Assembly (NCBI GenBank): GCA_964304625.1
Contig: OZ199839.1
Coordinates: 2,684,519-2,748,518, forward strand
Direction of reading: 5' to 3'
Length of the DNA stretch: 64,000 nt
DNA from: Kudoa neothunni
Taxonomy: Eukaryota; Animalia; Cnidaria
Position numbers and translations under genes: made by a program
Shown: piece by piece, positions 50,863-64,000 of the stretch
How the letters are laid out: every line of letters starts with the position of its first letter
Numbering within the stretch: position 1 is the stretch's first letter
Notes under the pieces: generated by a model
Told to the model about the DNA's origin: nothing
The model's input: only the letters and a program-made list of their open reading frames with translations
Databases searched by the model: none

Positions 50863-52196
50863 ATGAATAAATGCAGTGCTTTGAGAAGGTTTCAGCTGTA
50901 TATACCTTCAATTATTGCTGGAGTACTGCTGTTTGGATTGTCGATTTTGTATTTTGTATTCGTGTAAGATTTTGGTCATGTGGTTAATTTGTTCTTTTAT
51001 TGGTTAAACGTTAGTCTTACCGAATATTATAAAATGAACATGATATTTATCATTGTGATAGATGTGATATTATTTTTTTACTTTGTATCCAACTATTTCC
51101 AAACATTATTCATATCGCCAGGCTACTTCAAAAAAGGTACAAATCATTAGGATTGATTAAAATATTTGTGACAAACTCAGTTATTATTTTGAAAAAATTA
51201 ATTTTCTATTACGAGATAAATCCATGGTGAATATGTGTTGAGTTGTTTGTTAGCCAAATCAATCGATAATGAAATTGGTGTGGGGAATATCGAATGTATC
51301 ACTGCACAGTATTATCAATTGTATGAAGTTAGAGAATACACCATAAAAACCAAGTTTTGCGACACGTGCCACTTTTATAGACCCCCTAGAAGTACTCACT
51401 GTGGTATTTGTAACTATTGTGTTCAAGTATATGATCACCCATTTGTCGTTTGATTACATTTATCCAAATAATTTCTCTATTCTAGGATTTCGATCATCAC
51501 TGCCATTGGTTGAATACCTGCATTGGAGCTAGAAATTATAAGGTGTTTTTCATGACCTTGGTAACTGGCACTTTGCACATATGGTTTGTGATTGGCACAA
51601 CTATCTATATACTAATAAAAACCACGATTTTACATATTAGAATTGTTAGGTAAGATTCGTTTGATCCGATTTTATGTTAAACAAGTGCTCTATTAGTGGA
51701 GTGATATTATTTTTTACAGTTGTATGCGCGTTACCAATACTTATGTTATTGTGTTTTCATTTGATTATGATTTCGGCCGGCATAACAACCAATGAACATG
51801 TAATTAACCATCACCTCAACTTTTCATGTGGCTACAACTTTCGGAGGGGATTATGTTCTAATTTATTGATACATGAAGGTAACTGGAAAAGTCAAGTCTA
51901 TAAAAGAGAATCCATTTAACCATGGCTGTTTGAGGAATTTATCTCTCAAATTATTTTCACCAAAACCACCAAAGTTTTTTCTTTTATCATCAAATAAAAA
52001 TTTGATTTGATTTTAGTTTCACCAAATACAAACCGGCAAGTTTTTACCTCGATGGATATGATCCTCATTTGGCCACCCAAATAAAAGATCAAATATCTCT
52101 GGTAATCGTCTGAATTTTTGTTGGTTTGTTATGGATTTAATTATTCAGACAACAATTCCTGCTATCAATAAAAACGATGTAACATTTAATTTGTAG
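50863..52196 (+). CDS. DHHC palmitoyltransferase, ZDHHC5/8-like
   Basis: TM1 [49 protein letters not shown]|[18 protein letters not shown], and GITTNEH|VTGK...NPFNHGC. Short GT-AG introns; TAG at 52194-52196. Confidence 0.9.
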
Positions 52197-53022
52197 TATA
52201 AAATTGTGTATTCATTTTTTTGTCTTTTATCTATGCGTGTCTGCTTAAAAATAATCACAACAATGCCAATATTTTTTGGTTGTATTACATCTACGTTAAT
52301 TCTACATTCAAATTTATAATTTTTCTAATCTACTAGTGCGAATTTCCCTACCCTGTCCAGGGTTGAGAATATTTCGTATTGAAACACAACTAAAAAAAAT
52401 ATATTGATCCTTTAACTTAAAACATAGAAATAATTAAATTAAATAAATTTTAAAATATGAGGAAAATTTGTCGAGTAAATTTTGAATAAATGACCAATTA
52501 TTAAAATTATATTCTATGTATGCATGCATGTGCACATATTATTAATGTTGTTACATTTCTAGGGACTATGATCGTATTTATAGGTGCATTTCTGCAGTTT
52601 TTTAGTTTTAACATTTAATCCAAGTTTTATTACAACTGCCAATTGATTTTTCTTATTTCAAATAACGCAGTGTAAAAATGTTGAACAATTACATCATTTA
52701 TTTTCTCAATGCTCTCTACAATACAAAACTAAGAATATTGATTAACAATTTTCACCTATGTTTTAGGACGTCCTCTACAACATAGAAATAAGAAAACTGA
52801 TTAGAAGTCATCGTATTTTGAATAACTAGTATAAAACTAATGAGAGAATGAGTAGCTATCGTTATATTCTGGAGAAAACGACATGCTATACTGATGTTGC
52901 GCATGCGCGGTGACTCGCGGGCACGGTGGTTCGTTATTTATTCATTATTTACTCGATAGAATTTCCGTAAATTTTTAAAAACCACATGTATCAATATTTT
53001 AAATAATTTCAAAAAAGAAAAA

Positions 53023-54180
53023 TGTGGGGTAGATTTTTACCCCATCAAGAAATTCTTGGTTGTAAACTTGTAAACGTGATTTATTTGCTCTTCATAGGAT
53101 ACGAGTTTTTTTAATCTTCCAAAAAGGTAAGTAATATACGATTTTAGAATATTACGACAAACAAATATAAAATCAGAATAATTATAAGAAATTAACACTA
53201 ATGAATTGTTGGGGTAAAAAATTCCCCCAGATTTTGTTCACAACAATTGATAGATAAAATAATTACTATTACATAAATAAATAAATAAATAAATAAACTT
53301 TTTAATTTATATGATGGATAAATTTGAAGTTATACGGTTATTACCTATTTCAACGGCCACGTGACTTACATTTTTAATTTTATCATTGCGATAATGAAGA
53401 TGGATTTCACCAATATTAGTTAAAATGATGAAGCAAATTACTTTAAAGTGATCATGAATACTTTACAACGGATATGTCGTACGAATCTAACGAGATTGAA
53501 AACTGAGAATTCGGGTCAATCTATAATCAGTAATGACGACCTATGGTGATGTTTTTCCATTTAATGGATTTATTATATATAAATGCGCGTTCCATTTACA
53601 AAAAAAAAAACTTTTGAGATAATATGGCAAAGTTATTGTATCTTTCCATTAATCATTAATGGAAAGAAACATCCTTGAAGCCCAAAATCCTAAGAGTTCA
53701 ACCTTATCTATTTTGCTATAACTCGGTACACAAAATAAATGAACAATATTTTCAAGATTTAAATATTTTCACGGAAAATTGATAAGAAACCCGCTACTGC
53801 TTGTTTCAGATGTACGAACTACTGTTGCAAAATTCATTCCAAGTGTTTACTAATCTTATTCTCATTTGATGTTCTATTTGGTTGCGAAAATAGTAATTAA
53901 AATATTTATTACATGATACAAATGTGAAATCTACTCAAACATTACGCTTTAAATAAAAAATTGTCATGGCGGATTTTAACGAATATAATTTTCGTAGGAT
54001 TACAAGAATTACTACTCGGGATGTTGATTGTTTTACAGCTGAATCTAGCTTTGGGATTTTTCCTATTTTTATTTTCTGAAATCAAATATTTTTCTAGTTC
54101 GAATGGAGAAATAAAAATATAGGGTAATTTTTTACCCAAAAATTCATTGGAATACAGTCGATTTTAGTACATTAGAGAGC
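53023..54180 (+). mobile_element. piggyBac relic
   Basis: GGGGTA..TACCCC palindromes at about 53025, 53211 and 54122. Decayed RPMVMFFHLMD and C-terminal Cys-rich KIDKKPATACFRCTNYCCKIHS (about 53775-53840). Confidence 0.6.
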
Positions 54181-54186
54181 TAAAAG

Positions 54187-55180
54187 CAGGACTTCCCAAT
54201 TTGGGGTCCGTGACTCATACCTTTAATCAACTAAAAATTGTACGACTGAGCGTGTTTTGTAAGTAATCGGAATCTCCCTCGAAAATATATTATGTACAAT
54301 GTAAGTTGAATTAAGTTTGGTAAACAGTAGTCATTCGATGAACTTTACTAAACACTAACTTACATGTTCAATTTACTATTACCTATTTATATACAGTTGA
54401 ATCTCGATTATCCGGAAGATATTTTAAATTTTATTTGAGTTTTATTGAAATTACGAGTCGATAAATGTTCGATTAACCGGAACCTCACCGTCACTGTCCA
54501 GAAAAAATCACTGGTATTAAATTTTCTGGATAATCAATGTTAGACTACGTATATAAAGCAAAAATTAACATTTTTTTAATCACAAATAATTTAATTAAAA
54601 AACTTTTATCACCTGAAATAAACAATTTAAAATAAATTTGATGAGCAAACTGTAAAATGCTTTAAATGAATCGAATTCCTAATAATTGTATTATGTACTT
54701 GTTAAGCTAACTATAAGACAAATAAGGATTAAAATCAATTCGCTCCCAAAAATTATATAAACTAACACTTCATATTCAAGAGCGGAAAATATGTTTCTTT
54801 TTCTCATATAGTTTTTAAATTCAGAATTAAAACAAAAAACAACAAAATTCATCTTACGCACGTGAGCGATTTCCTTATCGGATTTTTCGCATTAAAATAT
54901 TAAGTATCCAGTTCATTTGTAAATTATGATTTATGCGTATCGTTATCTCATAAAGAGTCCCGTCTCAACGTAATTATTGCTCATAAAAGTCAAAGAATTT
55001 AATTTATTATCAGTTGTGTTGATTTTATTTACATTTATCCTCTTGTTAATGTAGGCTATGTTTTTTCTTTTTTATGTAATTTTAGTAGAAATATCTTCCC
55101 GAAAAAAAAGACATTATAAAACTTACTTATGATTTTTTTTGATATGGGTTGCGGGAACTAAAATAACTCGGGAAGCGCTG
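54187..55180. mobile_element. hAT-type MITE with a nested Tigger-like MITE remnant from about 54394
   Basis: CAGGACTTCCC...GGGAAGCGCTG ends. A similar right end occurs at about 29120-29157 and a related left end at 2973. TA+CAGTTGAATCTCGATTATCCGG at 54394. Confidence 0.5.
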
Positions 55181-55364
55181 CTTTAAAGAAATAGATATAA
55201 TACTACAGTTAGTAGATCGAAACTAACTTAAACTCAGGATATGTACAGAAATAATAAGAGACTGCGTTGTATGCTCATTAGGTGGTAAATGGAGATTTTA
55301 AAAGAATTAACAAAAAGGAGAATCAATAGAAAATAGTGTCAGATGTTATTTTTTTTCCGAGGAA

Positions 55365-57224
55365 TCATTGCTTGGAGCTGGTGGATTCTTTATTATTCTT
55401 TTCCCCAATATCCTTTTGTTTTCTATAGATTTTCGAGAAGTATGATTTTATCTTCCGAAATTTCCTTCGATCCTCTTTACCATAACAATTTATATCCAAC
55501 TTAACCAGCCAGCTTGAAGCCAACTCAATCTGTCTTAGGATCGAAGGAATTGCAGTATTTTTGTGAATGATGTACATTCTCGAAAGAATGTTGGAAACTT
55601 GTAGACAATTCAGTTGATCTCTGCTATGCAAGATAATAATTGAGAGCAGATTCAAAAGTCGTATTGCATTTTCCACCACTTTGACACGATAAACCACACA
55701 AAAATCTTCCAAAAATAAACGATCATTATTTTGGGATGGCCACAATGTACATCTTGATAGTACTTCCACAAAATCTGTAGTCAACGTTTTGCTCAGATAT
55801 TGTAGTACATTTTTATAATAGGCATTTTGACTTTTACTATACACTATCTTCAGTGTATCCACAATCACACCAAGTGCTATACCTGTGGCTATGGTGGCTG
55901 GTTGAAATTTCCCAACATGCAACTTACACAGTGAAGATGATAACACTGAGATTATATCGAAACAATTCTCCAATATGATATCATTGTTTTTGGTGAGAAG
56001 TTGTCTAAGGAGAATTGCTGAGAAAAACAACATATGATTTTCGTCGGATGCATCTAATTTGAAATTATCAACATAAACGCGACTAAAATATAACTTTTTT
56101 TGTGAATCGGATTGGGTAGGGGTTCATCACAATCAATACATATTTTATGAACCGTCCAGCGTGACAAAAAAAATAACAGCACCTCCACAATTGATGGCCA
56201 TCTGTGTAACTGGCCCACTAGTAAATCGTAAAACTCTGAGCTAGCTCTAGACAGAACTACCACTATAAAGTGTAGTACTAAAAATGCGGTCTTATACACC
56301 ACAAAAGGGCAATAATTCAAAAACCCATTCCCACTATTTTCAATAACAACTTTTAAGCAGCTCAATATTTCAAGCAAAATTGGAAAAACTCCAATGGCAC
56401 AAACGAAACCCAACTTATAATCATCAAACTGACTTCTCATAGCTAGTACACGCTCAAGGAATGATAACATTTCTGTAAAATGAAATTCCGCAATCAAATC
56501 GTTCACGTCTGCTTGTTGATCAGCACTAGTTGAAGGTGAATAGAATATTAATATAAAATGATCAATACACAATCGCTCAACTTACCCATAAACTGATGAC
56601 AACAAATTTTCACAAACTACATGAGTAGAAGCGATTTTCGGGAATAAGCGATTCATATAACTCAATAGAAATACTATTTCTTGCCAATCATTCTGGAATA
56701 TCTTCAACTGTTCAACGGTTTTCAAACTCTCTGAAATTTCTTGTGGATTAGCTATCTGTGCTAGATTGAGAGATTCGGAAAGATCGGCTGCATTCTTCAA
56801 AATGCACGCCATCGTATCACCTACAACAAACAAGAAATATAAACATTTTTGAGAGAGGTTTCATTACGCGCTATATTTACCGAACCGATATCTCGCTGAG
56901 AAACCATCCGAAATTGATAGAAAAATGAATTTGATATCAATTCATAAAATTCCGGCATCGCGCAAAATACCAAACAGTAGAATTTGTTATTTTTATAGCT
57001 GCTCAACATATAACGATTTAAATGATAATTTTCCACCGCATTCTCAACATAACTTAAACCATTCGGCACCTTATTATTATATTTGATAACTATTGTTATA
57101 TTTGGAGGTGGTAAATTACATGAAATATGAATTCATCCAGTAGCTTCTGTTTGTTTGGTACTGTAGTAAGTTGTTGGTCGTATGGCCCTCTAGAGGGAAA
57201 TTTTATCGATCCCATGTGTTGCAT
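55365..57224 (-). CDS. Unidentified alpha-helical (ARM/HEAT-like) protein, possibly related to the SCAPER C-terminus
   Basis: Consecutive same-strand ORFs 55365..56033, 56054..56572, 56582..56833 and 56821..57069 are separated by short intron-like gaps and encode Leu-rich amphipathic helices. The start codon and some junctions are uncertain. Confidence 0.6.
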
Positions 57225-60200
57225 CCTTTCCACTGTGTTTACTCCCAATTATGTGTAATAATTGGTATAAAAATTTTCCGCCACAATCAGTAGGAAGATA
57301 CACTTGTATTTGGGGCCCAACCGACCTCATCAAATTCAAACAACTAATTAAACCACGGTTCTTATTTCAACTTTCACTATTTATAGGAATAAATAACAAA
57401 AAACTTCTGTATTATGGTTATTTTTAAAGTTTTTAACCGCCAATTTAATTGATTTTTTAATTGCTTAATTTGTTCGCCATACATTAAATCTTATTTATGT
57501 TTTGATCAAAATACTAATTACTCTAGGTAGTACCTGGCTGAAACCATTTAATAAAAAATTTAATAAAATAAGCTGAAAACTCAACAAATCTTCCACCGGC
57601 GATAAAGGAAGGACTTGTTAAAATAAATACATATTACATTATAGATTTATTCATTAATCCAATAAATTAACCCCTTTTTGTTTTATCTGATTATTACTAC
57701 ATCCAATATTGGATTAATTCTCTCAGTAAGTCATTAATTAACAAATATTTATTCCAATTTGTTAATGAAACATTAATTTAACAACAATAATACACTGTAT
57801 GGGAGTAAAATATTCGGTTATTAAGTTTGTTCTCAATAATTACTGAATCTAACTCTTAACGTGAAGAAATTCTTAATTTATTATACATATATTTTCATTC
57901 ATTTTCCGACAAATGTGTGATGATTAAATTAGTAAAAGTTTAAAAATGTATTTTTATTATATATTTTCTAAACTTTCCCTAGATTTATATATTACTCTTA
58001 AACACAAGATTAAACATTACAATGTTCTACATTCAATCATTTCCTCTATAGACGGATTTTATTCCCAAATAAATTATTATCTTAGTAATATTTGAATTTT
58101 TAATTTCCATAAACTCACATAATTGTTCATGGATTTATGCAAGTCAATCGATGCTTTCAAGCTTCGGCCGTGGGAGTCGAGTGGGCATGATCACATCCAA
58201 TGCAAATCTCAGTTAATCCTTTCACACGGTAACAATTCTTGACGATCGCGCCTATAGCTAAGCCACCCTCTATAATGTTACCACATTTGAGGGTTTCACA
58301 TGATGTGGTATAGTATTTAACTATTAGGCCCTATTGAAGGTTAATTCTGTAAAATAATTGCTCCAAGGAACCTTTTGGGGATATAAATGATAAAGATAAG
58401 TATCTGTTACCTTGTGAAATTGGATATTTTAAAGCACTCACGAATTGCATTCGATACGAGGGAATAAGATTCTCTGTGCATAAAAAGCGGGAGATATTTT
58501 CTCAAGGTTTAAAAAAGTGTTGATATCAGATTAGCAATCTTTAAAAATACAATAATTGAGAATCGAGATTAGGGATTAATACGCAGTTTGCATAAGGGCG
58601 TCAATGGATTATTTGGTCTCATTTAATGACCAGCCATCTCAAATAAGTGTTAACCATTGTCACTATCTTTGACTGTTGATAGCGTATTAATTGGACATTG
58701 GCTCAGTGAGGTTTTTAATAGCAGATCATTTCAAACTTTTAAGTGATATTTGTATTTAATGAAAAAATTTAGGTTCAGGGTTTAGGATTAATGATTGTTA
58801 AAAAATAAAAGAATAATAATACAATGTTAAATTTTTTCAAAAAAATTATATCTATATAAATCGTTTTTATATATTATGATTTACAAATCGATAAATCTAA
58901 CATTTGATAATCATATCGTGAAATCTTTTATGATCATTTAAAGTAAAAATCACGATATCATAACATACATAATACTAAGGTTGGCGAGGTTTATAAATTG
59001 CGAACAGATAATTGACTTTATTCAGAAGTCGCAATGATCTATTTTAGGGTCATATAATTTAAAAAATTGTATTTATAATTCAGATATTTTTTATACGAAA
59101 CACAAAATCCGCATATTGGCTTTTATTACAATGGATGATTTTGTGATAAACATGAAATTAATATATTTCAAAAATAATAATGCTAATTAAACATTTAATA
59201 AACCGATATAGGAATTCACGAAAGAACCAAATTATTTGTTCACGTGTGGACTCCAATGACCCTTTGTGCAAAAACTGTCTGTTATATGGATGGTATAACT
59301 ATTACAGCATTATAAAATTTTTATATTACTAAGATGGCACTAAATTATATATTCTGTGTTATTATGATTAAGAAATTATGGATGTGAAAAAAAATATTAA
59401 GCGACATTGACTGGGTCGAAAACGACCCAACAAATCATAATAGGTTTAATATCTTCATCTCAAGTTTCCATCCAAGTATCTAATAAACAACGTACCAATA
59501 AATACATACTGAACATATAGTTCGATATGTTGTTTAGATTTTATTGCTACTCAACAATCAAATATTATATTTCTTTATAAGCGCTAATGCCCAGCTTTGC
59601 GTGGTACTATGTGTTGGAAAATTTTAACTTTTAGTTTTATTTTTGAATGGAGAAATTCTACTGAAGATTTAATCTAATTAGCACGTTAAACCAAGTAAAT
59701 TTTATTTTTCTATTTTAATTGTTGCATTTTAAAGCTTTTCATTATTTTTGCAACTTGGTGATTTAGTTAAACAAAATTATGCGCGCACTTTCCATTAAAA
59801 TATAAATAGAGATATCGAGAGATATTAATGAGTATTTTTTAGGTCATTTTACAAATCATTGACCAATAATATAATGACATTAATTTTATGAACAATTTAA
59901 TTAACGATTGAAGTTCATTTATTTATTACACAAAATCATTAAGTAACTTAAATAGGACATTCAGTTCTTTCCAAAATTTCGTGATGAAAGTTAATCAGTC
60001 TAGTTATAAAATTTATTATTAGTCTGCAACGATAAAAATAATAAAATCAACCTAAAATGCGTCAGAAATAAAAATATTAATTGTTCCTCTTTTTTTTTAA
60101 TTTTTGCAATTTTATAAAGGATGTTAATGAGGTTTAATAATCTGTGAGTGATAACTTACGTATTCGCTAGTTTAACATAATTTCCCCATTTTTAAATAAA

Positions 60201-62269
60201 TGAAACCTTCATTTTTAACAAAAATACTTATTGGTTCAAAAATATACAAATATAATTATCAAAATACGATTAAACCTAAAATTGAAAGGTGTTTTTGGTT
60301 TGAAAAATTACAGTATTGCTAAAATATTTAAATATCAACTGGTTTTCACGAAAGAGTGCACCCTTTTAAAAGTAAACGTACGGTTTGATTGCCCCAAAAA
60401 TACCTTTGTATTGAACTATTCCTAGATTAATAAAAACTTTGTGAAAATATCGGTTAGATCGAATACACCAATAATTTCTCATTAACTTACATGGCACGTA
60501 ATGAGAGGGGACTGTATTTTGTGCAAAAGTAATCGTGAATATAAATTCTTAAACTACGTATAATATGCGCCTTTTATATAATAATGAATTATTGTTAGCG
60601 AAAAGAAAATTATATATTGACTTGAATATTAACCTTAAGGTTTGGGGTAAGGAATAATTAGGTTACTAAGAACTTAAACACTATTTAAAGAATTATCTCA
60701 TAAAATACAGAAACTTATCGAATTAATTATGCCGACTGTTTCGCAAGAAAGTTTAGGAAAACCAAAAAATAAATAAAAAATTTATCGAAAGGACGAATAT
60801 AGTTTCAATCTTAATCGATATATTTGATAAAAAGAAATTTTCACATCTCAGGAATTCCAATTGAGCATAATCTACATTTAAGAAGTTACCACAAAAGTTT
60901 AATTATTTGAAAACTCTACTCACATCTTACATTGTTTTTAGAATGGGTATAGAGACCAAAATTATTCCAACGTGGTAACAACATATAATCTCAAATTATG
61001 TGTTTTATTTAAAATTTATCGTACGTCTATTTGCTTAAAATGAATCTATATTTCAAAAAAATGTAATATGCTTCAAATTTTAAAGGAAATGCAACAACTT
61101 TTGTAAATGTGACGTTAATAGTTTTATTTGTCTTATAATTATTCCAAAAAGGCGCATGTAGCATTTTTGAAACAATCCATACAAAAATTAACAGATTTTC
61201 TTTGTATATAATAGGTGAAAGTTCATTCTAATTGACTAGCACTCCGAGGTAAACAAACATCAATATTATTCAGGTACTTTTTAATGTGTTATTTGAGTAG
61301 ACAACCAGAAAATTCCTTACTTCTGACTGCCTTATTGATTATATTTTTACTTCTAAGTAAATGAACGATTTTCATAATAGTATCATTCTTCCAAATATAT
61401 ACTAAAAGTTGTATTTAAAAGTTTCTCCATAGCACATGTGTACTGCTGCGAACACATACTGACAGACGTAAAAGCTTATATATATATATATATATATATA
61501 TTAGATAATGAAAATAACCTGAAAAATTCTCGGTGTTTCAGGTGCTAAACGTCTCCCGGAACTAGAGTTAGAAAAAGTTACATCCTTTGTTTTTCTTGTG
61601 AAGGATGCGTTTGTAAAAACCATAGACGCCAGAAGAAAGAAATTTATTGAAGTGATTGTTATAACTAGATTTTTTGACTAATTTTTTTATCACATCATTA
61701 TCTTGTACGTGTTTTTTCGACGAATCAGGCGTTATATTATTAAGCTACGATTCATTTGATGTATTATAACGATAAGAATCATTGTGTATCTCTTGTAATT
61801 TGTATGATACCTAATATATTTTAATTAGAAATAGATAGATTTTTCGTACAATGGTTCAAATATTGAAAATGTTTTTAAATGAAATTCAGGGCATGGTGGT
61901 GCTTCTTAAAACATTCAGGAATTTTATTGGTTATCGAGAGGAGCGTTGAGTGTATAATTATGAAGAACAAATTATATTCGTATTCATTCTTGATATCGAT
62001 ACATTTATAAGTTACGCCAATATTGCAAGTATGGATACCAAAAAATTTAAAAAACTCAGGTTCCTGCCAAATTTCCCCGTTGAATGGTTTAAGGTTTTTA
62101 TATAACCTTTTGAATATGCAAATAAATAAAAAATACTTTGTAAAAAGTTAAGAGAATATAGTAATTATCAATGCAACTGAATTATTAAGATATTCAACCC
62201 TGATAATTTTTTATTTGATTACTTTACATTAAAATAAATAAAAAAGATGTCAGTTGATCAAATATTGAT

Positions 62270-62700
62270 TTCTACCATAGAAAACTGCATGCGTGGTTAA
62301 ATCTCCTACTTCCGGACCAGTCTGATAATTTCCATAGAACTCTGTTTGGTTGGGCAAAGTTTCATCACAATCTATTATTTTTTTATGAAACTTGGTCATA
62401 TAAATTAGATGTTTATTTCATTAATACATGTTAAGAAACTTTTGTGTTGAAATTTTTGCGCTGAATGCAGGACATTTTTCCCTCTTTGTTCAAATAATTC
62501 AAATGTGAACGAATGCGTTCTTTTGAACGTTCCATAGCTGTCGGTTAGATCAACACCCAAAGCCAATTTTCATTATGAATTGATAGAATTTTTTAGACTT
62601 TAAGGGAGATCCTTCTTCAATCGTATTACAACTTGTAGGGGGCAAGTTAAGGAAAACAAACACTAGCGAAGCTATGATCGTGATCTATGGAAGGAAATAT
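62270..62700 (-). mobile_element. Possible P-element/THAP9-type transposase relic
   Basis: Fragment EFYGNYQTGPEVGDLTTHAVF(MV) resembles the G-x-x-D-x-G...LA-x-HALVFMV block. Heavily decayed. Confidence 0.3.
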
Positions 62701-64000
62701 TAATAAACTGTGCATCACATCTATTGAACTTGTAAGTTTCAACGTTCATAAAGTCTTAAAAATCTTCAATTAAAAAAACTAATAACTTCATAAATAAAAT
62801 GAAGAATTCGAAAATTCCGGATTGTCGGGTATTTTCTTAAAAATATGACTGGGTTAAAAGGGAGCAAAAAAGATGGTATAATATAATTTAAATAGTTGGG
62901 GTTCGTGAGATATTAGATAACTAATCTGAATTATCGCCACTAACAGAGGAAACTTGATCGATCACTTCGTGACACCAGTAAAAGTCTTGAAATTTCTGAC
63001 TTAAAGAGTCGTTCAAACAAACTTAGCTAGATTCTGAAAGTTTTGAAACATTTTAAAAGTATTAATGATGAAACCCAATGATATGTCTATTAAAGTGTAG
63101 CACAACGTACTAGGAGAAGAATAGTTAAACGTCGCTGTTTGTTGGGCAGCGAACACTGGGATATTCGTCAATCTGCGTATTTTAACAAACAATAATTAAT
63201 AAATATTGTTCAAATATCGATTTTATTCTTTTATTGGATGTAACTTTTGATGCCAGATTAAGAAAAATGACTAACTTTAATATTCATTAAAACTTGTCTG
63301 TTCTTTTCATATTGGTAATAATTTTATTTAATTATTTCAGTAAAACTGCGGAACAAAGGTTGTATTTTCCGATTACAAATTATAATTAATCCGATCATTA
63401 ATCTCACCTTTTTAAATTGAATTAATGTGGGATCTTTGAATAATTTATTACATTTCATACAATAAATTATTTTTGGCCGGAATGTTATCCATCTGCAACA
63501 TTTAAACATCTAATTTTCAATAGGAATATGAAATTCTCATTCGTATAGATTCGTGCAATTAATAAAGATAACTAATTTTGAGAAATTTGGATAATACATC
63601 AAAATAATTGCTAAGACAAGAAAACAACTCTAAAATATTATAATAATATTTAATTAAACTAGCTTGTTTTTATATATCCGACTAATATTATATAGAAAGG
63701 TTTTTACGGATAGCGGTATCTTAGAATAATTATAAATACCTCTGCAGTATGTAATGAAATATTCTGTAATCTCACACACTACCTTTTCAACCTTAAAAAG
63801 CATGGTTGTAATTATCAAATTTTGGACTACAGAGAAGTTGCTTTACTTCATTGAGTAATGCCTTGTATAACGATTACGAAATGGTTGTAAATATATAAAT
63901 ATTACAATAATTAACATGCATAGCGAATAAAATATTAATGTAAAATATAAAAACTAATAATTATTCGAAAATAAAATATCCAATCTGGTCGGCGTTGTTC

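Noticed and set aside
58365-58410. CCTTTTGG...AGTATCTGTT resembling the 5' end of U2 snRNA
   Set aside because: The branch-pairing GTAGTA, stem IIa and Sm site are not recognisable, so this is probably chance.
1-64000. CRISPR arrays, operons or prokaryotic defence systems
   Set aside because: No regularly spaced repeats were seen, and all genes are spliceosomal-intron-containing eukaryotic genes.

Overview
This is eukaryotic, strongly AT-rich genomic DNA, almost certainly from an animal. Highly divergent proteins, 38-65 nt GT-AG introns and dense decayed DNA transposons suggest a reduced parasite such as a myxozoan, but that is inference. Manual splicing recovers nine genes with complete coding regions: V-ATPase subunit A (12 introns, one inflated to 4.9 kb by nested transposons), RPL14, HSF1, TRMT61A (missed by the ORF track), RBM19, a ferrochelatase orthologue, lipoyl synthase, a ZDHHC5/8-like palmitoyltransferase and an unidentified helical protein (model approximate). 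There is also an orphan secreted Cys-repeat protein running off the left edge, and a pseudogenised membrane-anchored protein with similar repeats. Intergenic DNA holds pogo, Mutator, piggyBac, hAT and Tc1/mariner-type elements and a tRNA-derived SINE. The most striking observation is the ferrochelatase gene. It is intact (8 exons, 384 aa, animal-type intron positions, presequence-like N-terminus) but has lost the catalytic His and Glu. It keeps three of the four [2Fe-2S] ligands, which makes it a candidate non-catalytic pseudo-ferrochelatase. All homology calls come from recalled motifs and reading by eye, not from database searches.
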